Assembly (NCBI GenBank): GCA_039096225.1
Contig: JBBPEB010000014.1
Span: 186,001-250,000 of the forward strand
Source: Blastocystis sp. Blastoise
Lineage: Eukaryota > Protista > Bigyra: Opalinata
Direction: 5' to 3'
Length of the DNA stretch: 64,000 nucleotides
This document shows positions 13,108 to 31,230 of this stretch, piece after piece. Positions within the stretch are counted from its first letter, which is position 1. The number at the start of each line of letters is the position of its first letter. The notes beneath the pieces are model-generated. The model was given only the letters and a program-made list of their open reading frames with translations. It ran no database searches and had not been told where the DNA came from. The translations under genes and the position numbers were made by a program.

Positions 13108-15800
13108 TTAAAAATAAAAATAGTATAACTATATACCCAGCTTTCTTGGATTTTTTGGTAGTTTTAACTCCTTCGATAAGAATATCGCTATTAGATTTAT
13201 CTTTCTTAACAAGAGCATTGAAAAAAGCAGCAACAAGATAAGCAGAACAATCCTTAAGATTAGGAAGAGTAAGGAATTGACTGAGAATATGTTTGCTGGC
13301 ACGAGCAATCATTTCAACCTCAAGGATATTCATGAAATTAGAGAGAACAGCACTAGGATTCTTTTCAGCTACTTTATTGACTAAATCAGCCATAACACCA
13401 AGATATCTCATATTAATACCATTAGCATGCATAGTGCTAGTAAGTTTTTCTCCATCAGGACAAGAAATAGATCCTTCCATAACTTGTTCAATGAAAGAAG
13501 GAATGATTTCACTTCTTAAGAAGTTATTTAATACAATAACATCCTTTTCATTATCAGTTGTCTTAAGAGCAGAAGTATCTTTTTCAATTTCTTCTCTTTG
13601 TTGAAGAGATTTGGAGAATACTGTGAATGTATTGACATCGAAAGAAGTAGGCATTTCAGTAAGAATTTGTTCTAATTTAGGTATTTGAGCCTTCATATCT
13701 TCGATATTTTTCTTAGCTTCTTCAGTCTTTTCCTTAGTATCTTTAGCATCATCTTCAATTCTTTGTTTCATCATTTCAATTTGTTTTTCTACAACAGCAC
13801 GACGAAGATTCCAATGTTGTAAGAGTTCACGTCTTAATACACGACTAGTTCCATATCCATCGACTCCACGTTCTTTAATACAATCTTGTTTCCAAAGAAT
13901 ATCAATAGGTTGAGCACGAAGGAAATCCATGATATAAAGACGATCATCACAACCTTTTACAATACGACCATCAACAGGACCAGCAAATGAAATAGATTCT
14001 TTTACATCTACATGCTTATCAGAACTAGCAGCAGGAGAAGGATAAAGACCATTCTCTCCTTGTTCACCTTCCTTTTCTTCTTCACCTTCAGGACCTTGAG
14101 GGTATACGGTACCTTGTTTCCAATAGAAATCCTTAGAGAGTTCTTCAACAGCCTTAAGAACTACTTTATCGTTGTAAATAGTCTTACCATCATCAAGGGT
14201 ACCATACATAATCATCTTATGAGCTGTCTTTTGTAATAATCCAGGAATAAGACCTTGAGCTAAGAATCTATAGCCTTTATAGTCAACAACACAAGTAAGT
14301 AAAGTATTAAGGCCATTAACGTTAAATTGATTCAAACTACGAACAGAAGCGATTTCATCATTGGCAGAAGCTCTGTTAATAGGAGCGGAGGGAGTATCGA
14401 GAACAGTAGAGTAGAAGACACCATTGAGAATATAACAAGGACTATCTCCATAAACATCATTTATAGGAGCAACACCTTCATCAACAATAGCAAGAACACC
14501 TTCCTTAGCAGCAATAGTAAAACTATTTTCTTTTTCAATTAAACAACATAAACGAGCACTTTCATCCATTTCAATATTCTTGAGCATAACATAATCGGTT
14601 TCCCAATCTTTGAGGTTTTTGTTATTCTCTTGAAGAGCTTCAATGTGTCCATAACGACTCATTTCACTGAACATATCTAAGGGATCATTCTTAATATCTT
14701 CATTCATAAACCATCCTTTAGATTTTTCTTCATTAACAGGCATAACATGTAAACTATTAATTAATTCTTCTAAGTCAACATTATTACTCCAAGTATTCTT
14801 TGCACATAATTGATAGAAAGTAGAGCGGAAAGAACGAGACACAGCAGAGAAAAGAGCAGCTAATGTAGGATACATATTAGGATAAATACTAGAGAAACCA
14901 GCATTGAAAGTAGAATCAGTAGATTGATTGACATAAAAACCTTCATTACAACCAGTAATATGGAATACTAATTCTTCCTTAGTAGTTAACTATATAATAT
15001 AATAAATATTATATATAATAATATATAATAAATATTATATATAATAATATATAATAAACATAATAATAATAAAAACTACATACACGAAGATAGATTAAAT
15101 CACCAAGTAATTTTCTGCTTTGTTTAGGAGGATTCCAAATATCAAGAACACAACGATTACAATAACTTTGAGTTTTATTAGAACCAATATGATTATTAAG
15201 AGCATCATGAATATCTAAGAAATTCTTATAAAGAACAGAAGTAGGAACATTTTGCTTCTTTACAATTTCAGCTAAATCTAAATCATGTTGAAGTTCTTCT
15301 TCAGTAGCTTTAATAGGAGCAAACTCATTAACTTCAGATTTAGGATCTTCTTCTTTTTTACCTTCAGCTTCTTTCTTTTCAGCTTCATCAAGTTTCTTTT
15401 CTAATTTTTGAAGTACTTCAGGAAGTTCAGAATTTTGATATTTAAGAAGTTGACCTTGAAGAGCAACCTTATTAGTTAATAAACCAATAAAATGAGAAAT
15501 ATGTTCTTTAATACTACCAGCATCATATTCATCAACTTTAAGTGTGAAAGTAGCTGTATCTTTAAGACTAGGTATTTCTTCAAACATAATTTGATCATTA
15601 TCGAGAACGAGAGATCCTTCAATAGTTTCATAAACGAAATGATATGCAGTATAGCAACTAAATTGGAAACAAGTTTCTAATCTTTGTTTTAAACCAAAAA
15701 TAGCTTCCTTTCCAGCAACAATAAATGTTTCCTTTTCTTGTTGAGGACCAGTAATTGTGATGGTATATTTCTTTATTTGTTCAGCAGCTTGCTCAGCCAT
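11853..15800 (-). CDS. CLU1: Clustered mitochondria protein (CLU/Clu1/CLUH)
   Basis: Motifs WNPPKQSRKLLGDLIYL, VVDYKGYRFLAQGLIPG, GCDDRLYIMDF, DGEKLTSTMHANGINMRYLG and EMIARASKH, plus C-terminal TPR-like helices. A short upstream exon is possible. Confidence 0.92.
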
Positions 15801-16397
15801 ATTTGCTATAAATTATATCACTAAATACTAATTATTATATATAAAAATTGTATAAATACACTATTCTTGAGTATATAATAATTTTGTTAATAATTAATGA
15901 AAACAAAGGAAACCAGTCTAGTGACTTAATTCTCTTTATAATGAATTATAATTTATATAGTTCTTTCAAATCACTGTACGCGTTTTCCATGATGAATTCT
16001 ATTTGTTCTTGTTTCTCATTCTTTTTTTCTTATAAAAAAGAAATTTCTCAAAAATTACGTTGAAAATGAACAAATAACCAGAATTACAGTTAAACTGATT
16101 ATTGTTCTCGATTCTCCTTTTTTGTAGAGAAACTCCATATTAACAAATGGGGATTTTCTGATTAGAATTGTTTCTTCATAAATATTTGTTTGTATTCAGC
16201 GTATATCTAGAAATAATCGTCATTATCGGATTCAGATCCATTTTTATTCTTCATTTCGGTATTTGATTGGGGAATACCGAATACACCACAGACTGTCCGC
16301 TTTTTATCTTTTGTGTTTTTAATTTTATTCTATACCACCTTTTACGGCATTTCTAATTCCCCATTTTATTTATAAGCGTTATATCTATTAAAAGAAA

Positions 16398-18346
16398 ATG
16401 GATACGCCTTTCTATTTTAATGAACATCCATCTAGACGACAGTCAGAGTTTAGTATCATTATTGATCAAGATGACAATAGTTCAAGTGATGAAGAGACAA
16501 GACAAGGATGCGAGAAGTTCGATAAACTAATGATGAGACATCAGTTTACAAAAGCTGGTTCTACAAAAGCAGAAACTTCTGAAACCACTGTTAATAAGAG
16601 GAATCCTTATACAGATCTTCGATTCAATGTTATCAACCCAGAAATATTCAGTCCTTCAGAAGAAATTGATCCATTAGAATGTACTCAAGTTATTAAAGAA
16701 TTATCTTCAAATTTCTTTAATCGTTGCATTAACGCAGATTATGATATTGAAGATGACGGATTTTTAGGTCAAGGTGCATTTGCTAGTATATATATTGATA
16801 ATACATTCTATTGAATTTAAATATTTTTATTGTTATTGTTGTCAATGGAAATTTAGCTTAATTTTATAAAAAAAAGTTTTTTAAATGTTTTATTACTATA
16901 GCTGTTCGAAAAGGAATATCTAAGAAGACTGGAGAACCTTTTGCTATTAAATGTATTGATAAAAAGTATGAATAATATAATATAATGATAATAGCCTTTT
17001 TGTATATCTCTATGATTTTACTTTTATTCATATATAGTATATTAATGACAGAATATGAATTTGCTGCCTTAAACCGTGAATTATGTATTCACAGTAAACT
17101 GAAACATAAAAATATATGTACACTAAATGCTGTATATAGTATGTTTTTTTATATAATTATATTTTCTTATATTTATTATTATTAATATTATTATTTATAT
17201 TATTTTTATATATTATTATTTCTATTATTCTATATATTATTATTTATATTATTCTTTATATTATTCTTTATATTATTCTATATAATATTATATATAGATT
17301 GTGGTAATATGATATATTTAGTTCTTCCTTATGCTGATATGAGTCTTGAAGATTATATGGCGGGAAAATTATGTTTACCTGAAAAGGAAGCTAAATGTAT
17401 TATCTATCAGGTTCTTCAAGCTTTAGATTATCTTCATAAAAATGATATTGGTCATGGAGATATCAAACCTTCTAATATACTTTTATTCAAAGATAAAACC
17501 AAAGACCCAAATAACTGCCTCTCACTTACTGTATATTATATAATAATATATTAATAATAATAATAAACATAAATTCATGATTATTCTTATATAGGTAAAA
17601 TTATGTGATTTTGGATTATCGATATTAAATGCAAATATGACGCACCCTACAAGAGCCTTAAAAGTCACTTCAATATATGGAAGTTCTGTATATATATATA
17701 TATAATTATATATATATATATATAATTATTATTATTATTATTATTTTAGTTGTATTCTTATTCTATTCTTTCTATTACATGATTCAACACATAGGGATTT
17801 ATTAGTCCTGAGATGACGGTTACAAACCGTTTAAGTTGCCGTGGAGATATTTGGGCTGCTGGTATTGTTCTCTATATCATACTAGTGGGTTACCATCCAT
17901 TCTATCCTTGTTACTCCAAATCAAGTGTCTTAGAATTCGATCCACGTGACTGTGAAAATCTTAGTGAAGATGCTAAGAATATTGTATGCTTTTCTGTTCA
18001 ATATTTTTTTTTTCTTATCTTATATATTTAATCTCTTATCTTATATATTTAATCTTTTATCTTATATATTTAATCTCTTATCTTATAGATTTAATCTCTT
18101 ATCTTATATATTTAATCTCTTATCTTATAGATTTATTTTTTTAAATGATGCTTGTTTTTATAAATATTTATATATTATTATTATTTTTTTAGAGCATTCT
18201 ATATATTCATCTATTATTATTTCTCTTCTGCTTTATAGGTTCGATTGATGCTTACTGTGGATTATAAGCAACGTCCGTCGGCAGAGGCACTTCTTAGGAA
18301 AAAATGGTTTAGAGAAATCATGAAAATGAACTTAACGAGAAAGTAA
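16398..18346 (+). CDS. Ser/Thr protein kinase, CAMK-like (7 exons)
   Basis: GFLGQGAFA, FAIK, HGDIKPSNIL, LCDFGLS, GSSGFISPE, DIWAAGIVLY and QRPSAE motifs assemble across GT-AG introns. Confidence 0.88.
18015..18132 (+). repeat. 21-bp intronic tandem repeat (TTTAATCTCTTATCTTATATA)n
   Basis: About 5 copies in the last kinase intron. Confidence 0.85.
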
Positions 18347-19193
18347 CTGCTTTTTCTCAATGTCTTTAATCACATACTTCTTCTTATCCTCTCCGCTTCT
18401 TTCAACTAGTATTACTACAATCTTGATGTTAGTTATATAATTCTTTTCTCTATCGTGAATTCTTTAGTTATCGCTAGCTTTATGGCCTTATTAAATATTA
18501 TATATATATTTGCTCATTCTATTATCCTACAAATGCTATTATATATAGGACTTTTTTTCTCTTTTTCTCTTACTACTCTACCCTATAATTTTTCATGTTT
18601 TGAGCTTTTATTATTTGCTATTAATATTTCCATTAATTGTTTCATTTTATCGTGCCATTTATAGTTCAGAAATCATAATCGTTGTCTATATATATATATG
18701 TATATACATTTATTTTTTTTAACTTTTCATTCTATTTCTTTATTTCTTTTGTTGTTGTTGTTGCTGTATACATTTTTCTTTTCTTTACTATATGTGTATA
18801 TTTTATGTATGAGCTTTCTCAAGTGTTTCTTCTTATTCAAAATTAGTTTTGTTTATTATCTTTATAAACATCGGTCTTTTTTTATTTCATTATTGAATTC
18901 TAGAGTATAATTGTATTGGAGAACACTTGGCTTGTGTGCTAAAATATTGATGTTTATAAAGTGAATTTTATTTGGTTAATGGAAATTATTATGATATATA
19001 AAGATAGTTTATAAAAAAAAATACAAAACGAGAGAGTAACAAAAGTATTGTAATCAAAAGTATTGAATATACAGAGGAAAAGGAACGAAAGATGGCAATT
19101 AAAATAGATATATTATATGATCTTAAGAAGAAATATAATAATATATATTTATATGATTGTCATAATACGTAATTGAATATACTGTAAAGACAT

Positions 19194-22518
<3,325 letters not shown>

Positions 22519-23405
22519 TGTTAATATAAAAAATATTCTCTAAATAAAGATTTGTTAACAAAGGTTAATCTTGAGAGATTCAAATATATTCCTCTGTTCT
22601 GTGTAATGACAATCTTTGGTTATCCAGCCGTTAGAAAGAAATCAACCTGATTTCACTCTTTTTCAGAATTTTTTTTCTATAAAAAGGGCTGGATTTCTTT
22701 TCTATAAAAAAAATCATTTTTTTAGAATATTCTAGTTATTCTCATCAGATGCTCATATAATAATTATAATAAAATGTTTCTTAGAAGCATGAAATAATCT
22801 AAAACTTTCATATCAACGGAATACTAAGAAGAAAGAGTTTTGTTGACGATATCGTGCAAATGTGTATAGATAATACATACAATTGAATTGAAATAAATAA
22901 ACCAAAGCTTCTCTAATGGTTTATCATATCTAAAAAAACAGAATATTATGTTCAAACAGAGAAATATGCTCATTTTACCTTTTCTTTTATTATGATCATC
23001 ACTGTGATATGCACTGCGCTTCTTGTACATCAGAATAAATAATAAAGTTGAATATAATAGAGATATAACTGTCGTTTAAATACGATGATTATGTTTACAA
23101 AAAGTCATGATTGTATTACGTCTTCATGTTCATTCTTGGATATGAAACTATTTTCTTCGCTTGTGGTTTTTATTCCTTGTTGCCTTGACTATAATAAAAT
23201 CATGGGGATAATCAAAAATTGATATAAATTTTATAATTTGTTGGGTAGGCCAAGAGTGAAGAGATGAAGTCTCTAGAATTCCCATAAGAAAAATTCAATT
23301 TTTAAAAATTCATATTGCTGCGAAAGGATTCAATTTTATAATTGTTTTTCTTATAATTCGTTGACTAAATAGTACACAAATTACTGGAAAACAAATAAAT
23401 ATAAA

Positions 23406-26400
23406 ATGAATCAAAATCAAAATACAAATTCAACAGAAACCTCTGTCTTACTTGAAGTTTCCAGTATATAATATTATTTTATGGATATAAAGATATATAG
23501 AATCGATGTCTGCATCATCAAAAGATGATTCTCGTATTTTATTCAAAATTTGTTTCATTTTTTAATAAATAGATATAAGTCCATTTATACCACTTGCTAG
23601 TTATGATTCAAAGAATTCATCAAGAGAGATTCCACAAGTTTCAGTTGATAATATTCATGAATATTTTGATGATATTCATAAATTGTAATTATTTTTTCTA
23701 TTTCTTATTCATTAATTTGCATTTTAGAATAGAAATATTAGGATATGATAATACAGTTGATTTGAAAGATTTTGGAAACAAAGAAAATCATGCAAAGGTA
23801 GATTTTTATACCCAATTTTGCTAACATTTATTCTTCTATATAGATTTGTGTTATTTTGTATATGGCACTTCAAAAAGAGAGACGATGTGAAGACAGAATT
23901 GATGCTGTATTATATTTATTTGATATTTATTATATATTATTTGATGTTTATTATATATATTATATATTTTATTAATTATATATAGTATCTGGATTCTATA
24001 AATGAAGCTGAAAAGAAAACCTTAGTATATTCTAGAATACTATTCTAATATATATATATATATATAGTGTACTGAGGAGACTAACAGTAAGCTTGTTGAA
24101 CAGAACAATGAGTTATTTGAAGTATATATTATATATTTATACTGTTACCATCTATAGAAATTATGTTTTCTGGAGAAAGAGAAGAAAGTATATACATAAC
24201 ATATATATATATATAGATCGTTATTATTATCATATTCTATATAGAACATTGAGAGTAATTATAGTATATATAAAGAAGGAAAAGATACTGAAATTCTCTC
24301 TTTAAAGAAAGAAAATAAAACACTTCAATTTAAATTAAATCAATCCTTTGTATATATATATATATTAAATGGTCTTCAGTTGTTATATATATATATTTTA
24401 TGTTTTTACATTGACATTATTATATATAATTATTATATATATTATTTTACATATTAATATAAGAATTATTCTGTTTATCTATCTATTTACATACTTATAT
24501 ATATGCGACTCTTTTTATTTCTATATCTATCTATATATCAAATAAGTTGTTATCCCTATATATAGATCACACTAAATAGAGAAGTTGCTGAGAAAGAGAA
24601 ATGGCATGGAAAACTACAAGATATTCTTATTACACGGAACAAAGACATTTCGAAAGCAGATCTGCCGAAAATCACGGAATTCACGGTATCTATACTGTTA
24701 TTATAGTTTAACAGAAAAATATTATTTAATATAATGAATTATATTGTTTCATATATTGAAAAGAGTAATACTTGTTAATAAATAGCATTCTTATATATAA
24801 TAGCAATATTTATTTCATAAATTATTATATATATTACATTCTAGTTGAAAAGTCGTATGAATAAGGCTGAATTTGATTCAGTTAGTACTCAGTCACTTGA
24901 AACGCGTATTCATGACCTTCAAGAAGAAAATAAATTATTCTCAACACGAATAAAAGAATTAGAAGATTCTATTAAAGTATTTATATTTATAAATGAATTA
25001 AAATTTATAAAAAAATGTCATATTTTAATATATATGTTATATATTATAAATTCTATTATATATAGGTACTAAAAGAGACGAATAAGAAGAATATGGAAAT
25101 AGTTCGCCTAATCCCAGAGAATCTCTATTTATTATTACAGTATCTAGAGCAAAGCAGAATTGAACACAAAAATAACTATCTCAATTATTTCCAAATATCT
25201 CTACCTGCTGGTATATATATATGTTGTAATTATTAGAATTAGTGTATATTAATCGTAATTATTATGATTCATATGATGATATTATTATTATATATTAATG
25301 CTATTGTTATGATTCATATAATGATACTGTTATTATATATATATAATAGTAATTATTGTACGCATTCTATTATCTACTAATCCTATCTTCTTCTTCTATA
25401 GATCTTGCTATAAATAACTATTTATTTTTGATTCTTAACCAATATATCTATATGAGAATGTCTCAACAACAAAAGAAACTAAACTGCTTTTTTAATTCTA
25501 CACAAGATCCTAATGTATATATATATATATATATATATATAATCATCAATAATATTAAATACATTTATATATTCCTCTACTCTATCTATTAGGATCCTGG
25601 TCACTTTGTACGAATATTAACGTATTTCTTAGATACATATCGTAATGAATATATTCACTATCATAATATGTATCATTCTTGCAGACGTATCTACTCCTTC
25701 ATGCAATCGAATCAATCAACATCCACTAAAGATATATATTCAAATGATTTGAAACATATGCTTTCACAAATATATCAATTGAATCCTATTTCTTTACATA
25801 TACTTCATAATCAACTTTCACCTGAACAAGAACAATCTCTTATTAAATATAAAGTCAATATTCAACAATATATATCTTCTTCTTCTTCTTCTTCTTCTTC
25901 TTCTTCTACATCTACTTCAGTATCTATAGATACTCCTACTACACCTCTTCCAAGTGATATTACTCCTACAACTCCTATAACTCCTATAACTCCTTCTTCT
26001 CCTTCTACTCCTTCTACTCCGTCTTCTCCTCTAAAATTAAACATGAAAAATCCTCTTTATTGTATATCAGAACAAGATATAATTCTTCATTTCTATCAAT
26101 TTTTAATGGATAATAACATCAATCTAGAAGAATCTAGAAAAATGTTGTCTACTTATATAAATACAGATAGTATAGAATCCTATTTAAAAGATATGAATCT
26201 AGATACAATTCCTGATGCAATCGCTCAATATTTTAATTTACAAAAAGACCAATTTAAAGAAGAAAATGAAAATCAATTTTTTGCTGCTGTTTTCGAAAAA
26301 ATTCAAAAAATTCTTTTATATTATTCATTACCAGGAAGTGTTCAATCGACACAAATTATGAAGTTATTAGATTTATATAAAGACGAACATGTTCTATATA

Positions 26401-29060
26401 AAAGAGATATCTCCTTAGCTATTCAAGAAAGATCACAAGTCAAGGTATACTGCTTATATAGCGATATTATTTGTTTTTTCATGTTATTAAATGATATATA
26501 TTAGTTATTTAGATATATAGATTATTTTATGTTTAATTTTTATTTATAGTATTATCATATGTATATATCATATTAATTCTATTTTAATCTCCTTATATTG
26601 TCTATATTTATATATTTTATATTTATATAAAATATATCTATATAATATATTTTTAGGAGCTTCTTTCGGATCTTTTAGAAGAGCGTCGAATCTTAACGAG
26701 TATTATTGATATGTCAACATCTAAAGAACGAGAAGAAATTCGAAAAGAATCAAGAATTGATTCTATTACTACGACTCCTCTTGACAACTATATATCTTCT
26801 CTTAAACAAAAAGGTGTGTTTCCTTCAGAAGAAGCTAAATCTATCGCTGAAACATGTAAAGAAATTCAATTATATCCTATAGACTCTGATTATAGCTTAA
26901 CGAAAGTAAAAGAATCAACATTCAATACTAGTGCTAATTTTGCTGCTACAATGCGTCCCTCTAGTTCATTTATAACAACGAAATCTATTCCTTCTTTATC
27001 TTCTTCTATCAATAGTTCTACAAATAATATAAATACTGATATAGTATCTACAACTGTGGATACTGTCGCTTCGGATATCATATCATCTCCGGATATTATA
27101 TATTTATCTCCATCTCCATCTCCTTCTCCTTCTATAGATATATCTATGTCTCCTGATACTATAGATACATCGACTTCTATTCTTCCTACATCTACTGTCG
27201 ATAATACTCCTCTTTTCACATCTACAGCACCAATGCCATCAATAAAATCAAATATTGATTCTTCTATATCTATATCTTCTTTATCTACTTCTCAACCAAT
27301 AATCTCTACTACTCAAATGACTAGTAATCATAATTCAAATATACAAGAAGCAAATATATGTCATGATAATAATAATAATAAATATAATAATAATAATAAT
27401 AATGGTGATAATAATAATAATAATAATGGTGATAATAATACTACTAATACTACTACTAATAATAATAATATATCTATATCAAAAGAAGAATCTCCTGTTT
27501 CTATTATGGATATATCACAGCCATCTACTTCAGGAACATCATTGTCTAGTTCTCTCTCTTCTTCTATAACAACAATTACTCCATCTATTCCTTCTACTCC
27601 TCCAAGAATTCCACATTCTATTCCTACTCCTATAACACCTTCTCCTCTTCGAGAACCTACTGTCTATTATGGGAAAAATACTCATATTCTAAAATTTATT
27701 CCTAAAGTTAATAAAGTAGACTCCTCTCCATCTTCAAAAACAATCTCTTCTTCTATATCTTCTAATACTATTTCTCCTTCACAGGGTATGTCTACTACAT
27801 AAATATTCTTACCTTTTTTTCCTATTACTCTTAATTATATTAATTTGGAATATTTGTTGCCATGAATCAAAACAAAACAGTTTTTTTACTTTTCCACTTT
27901 TCCAATTTTCCACTTTTCTATTTTTCCACTTTTCCACTTTTCCACTTTTTCTCATTATATATATATATACTTATATATTTCTCTATATGTTAGTTCATTA
28001 AATGTAGGTATGTAAGTTTTTTTTGTATCATTCGAATCTTCATCTATTTTTATTAATTATAATTTATCATCATTTATATGTAGTAATATTATATATATAT
28101 ATTTATATAAAATTATCTTTTCAGTTTATGTTATTTCCATCAAATTTTCTATAATATATCTTTTCTATAGTGTCGTCAATAGCTACTAATATTTCTACTA
28201 CTGTTCCTCTAGCATCAAATTCAAGCAACATTCCAACTATAAATACATCTGCATCATCTACTATATCTCCTTATCGAGATATATCTATGGATTTTACATC
28301 AATATCAAAGCCTTCTTCCATTCCTTCTCCTCTTCGTACTCCTTCAAGATCTTCACATCAATCTGATACATATTCTTCTTCTCTACCAAGATATACTCCA
28401 ACGACTCCATCTAGAATACCATCTATTATTCATAACACTAATAATTCTAAGGATATTAAAGACATTTCACTTCCTTCTCCTCCTCGTATTAATTCTAATT
28501 CTATATCTATTATTACACCATCTATACCTTCTCCATTTATACATAATACACCTCAAAAACCTTTTTCTTCTATTCAAAAGGCACCTCAAGTACCTATTCC
28601 TAATTCTTTCCCTCCTATTCCTAGTGTACCTCAAGTACCTATTAATACACCTCAAAAACCTTTTTCTTCTATTCAAAAGGCACCTCAAGTACCTATTCCT
28701 AATTCTTTCCCTCCTATTCCTAGTGTACCTCAAGTACCTATTAATACACCTCAAAAACCTTTTTCTTCTATTCAAAAGGCACCTCAAGTACCTATTCCTA
28801 ATTCTTTCCCTCCTATTCCTAGTGTACCTCAAGTACCTATTAATACACCTCAAAAACCTTCTTCTTCTATTCAAAAGGCACCTCAAGTACCTATTCCTAA
28901 TTCTTTCCCTCCTATTCCTTCTTCGCCTCTACGTCAAACACCTTCAGGAACCAAATATGTATCAGGAATTCCATTACCTTCTTATGGATCACCAAGAAAA
29001 CTGTCTTCTACATCTTCAACAACAAAATCATCAATATCAAACAATATTCCTTTAAAATAA
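23406..29060 (+). CDS. Large coiled-coil protein with Msd1/SSX2IP(ADIP)-like N-terminus and Ser/Thr/Pro-rich tail
   Basis: About 15 GT-AG introns. VSVDNIHEYFDDIHKLIEILGYDNTVDL...KICVILYMALQKERRCEDR followed by heptad repeats resembles the ADIP domain. A long low-complexity tail follows. Confidence 0.5.
28545..28920 (+). repeat. 99-bp coding tandem repeat (33 aa, about 3.8 copies)
   Basis: Unit TPQKPFSSIQKAPQVPIPNSFPPIPSVPQVPIN. CCTCAAAAAC recurs at 28551, 28650, 28749 and 28848. Confidence 0.95.
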
Positions 29061-29622
29061 TCATTTTCTTTTGAATAACAACGATCTATTATCATCGTAT
29101 GATACTATTATTCTTTTGTTTTTCTCTTTTTCTCATCATTTTGTATTGTTATTTCTATGGGTTTTTGTCTTTTATTATGCAATATTGTTTTGAATATATT
29201 CTAATCGTTTAAAATCTATTTTAGAATATAATATATAAATATTCTTATTCCTATTAGTTGTCTACTTTTTTGTTATAACTATTATATTATCAAAATTGTT
29301 CTACTACATTCAATTATAGTCTATAATTATTATATACTAAATGTTGCTCATCTTAGAATAGTGAAAGCGAACATTACGATAGAGATATAACTATGTAATG
29401 AAATATACATTCAATAACAATAATAATCTACATCCATATAATAGTTCATTGAGTTGTCAATACTATAAAATAATATAATTGTTATAAATAATAAATAAAA
29501 CGTAATCATAAACGAATAATATAGAAACAAGAAAACAAAACAACCTAAAAACATATATACATATACTCACAAAAAAACATAGAAATAACATTAACAATAT
29601 AATAATCAAAAAAAAAATTATT

Positions 29623-30249
29623 TTATTCTTCATCTTTCTCAATATCCATATCTTCTACTTTGGGTTTACTTTTCATTAAGGTTGATAATATATCATCTTT
29701 AGGAATTTCATCGATATCCCCATGGAAATCCTCTAATTGATCAATAACATCAAAAGGAGCAACTGCAAAGGACTATACAACAACAACAAATGGAAATCAT
29801 GATGCATTTTAAATTATAAATAAATATATACCATTTCAATTTTAGGACTAGATAAATCAGAGTCTTGTTCAGATTCCATTTCATCGTCATCCATATTTTC
29901 ATCGTAATCACTATCTAACTCTAATGACAGAGCACCCTCTTTCTCTATTTGATACTTATCTTTATTTCCAGCAGCAAACTCTTTCTCTAAGAAAATATTT
30001 GCACTTTTTAACTGAGGTAAGAAGGTATCTAATCTTGAAAAGACTATATATTTACAGACAAGCTTCATAGATATTAAACTAAACTATTAATAAAATACTA
30101 GAGCTTTTAGGAACTTTGAATGTTTTCATTGAATGGTCTTCTTGGCTTTTCTCGAATGCAGAATCATTATTCTGTAATATAGAATGTCCTGCAGGTAAGG
30201 ACGTTAATCCAATCTCTAATTTATTATTATTTGATGAAGTTTCACTCAT
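29623..30249 (-). CDS. NOPCHAP1/C12orf45 (DUF4598)-like protein (3 exons)
   Basis: FSRLDTFLPQLKSANIFL...YQIE, an acidic tract, KIEM-SFAV and a terminal KPKVEDM. Confidence 0.65.
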
Positions 30250-30481
30250 GATTAATTTATCTAATTTCTGACTTTTTAAAAGTACTTATATATAGTTTGA
30301 AGGAATTATTGGTTACCAACAGTCTGAAGAAAATAATCAAAAACGATATTCACGAATTTTGATTTCATTTTACCTCTTAAATGAAATATTTTTGTGTATA
30401 TCAATTTGAATTTGTAAACTTGAATTCTTCTCATTGAAATACATTATTTCGTATATTGGAATTTTATTTAAAAGATTCAAG

Positions 30482-31193
30482 ATGGTTAAGAAGAATCCTA
30501 TACAAATTGAAGATATTACGTCGGATACAATTCCACAAATATTTGATATATGTCAGAAGAATAGCAACAAACACAAGCAAAATGCAGAATTAATTATGAA
30601 ATATTATGTTCAGAATCCAGAGTTCTTTTTGGATTCCTTTTCAGATTGTATGTATCGAGTTGTCAATTCTTCTGGAAAAGATAAAGATATTTATATGATA
30701 ATGAAGTTCATTGTATTATGTTGTTCACAAAAATTAGACTCTGACGACCCTACTTTACCTCAATTATACTCATTAGTGTTAGAAGTATATTCTGATTGTT
30801 TTATATTTGAATTACTCTTCTTTCTTCTATTTATATATAATAATAATATATAATAATAATATATAATAATAATAATATATATATAGGATTTAGCTAGTTA
30901 TTCAGGAGCTAAGAATAAAGATATTCGATATCGTTGTTGTCGTTTAATTGCAGATATACTCTCTACAAATATAGAGATTGATGATGATTTATGGGATAAA
31001 CTTCGTTATTCAATGCGTTCGCGTCTTTATGATAAAGTTACAAGTGTCCGTCAAGCCTCAGTTAGTGCTATGTCCTTTCTTCAAGATCCTGAAGATATCG
31101 ATGATATGATTATCACGGAAATGTTGAAATGTGCTCAAACCGATACCAGCAAAGATGTCCGTAAAATAGCTACCTCCAGTATTGTTATTAATA

Positions 31194-31230
<37 letters not shown>

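Noticed and set aside
28467-29055. Arg-rich antisense and Leu-rich alternate-frame ORFs (also 3022-3405, 62527-63015, 6376-6846, 54436-55005)
   Set aside because: Shadows of low-complexity or repeated coding sequence in the real genes.
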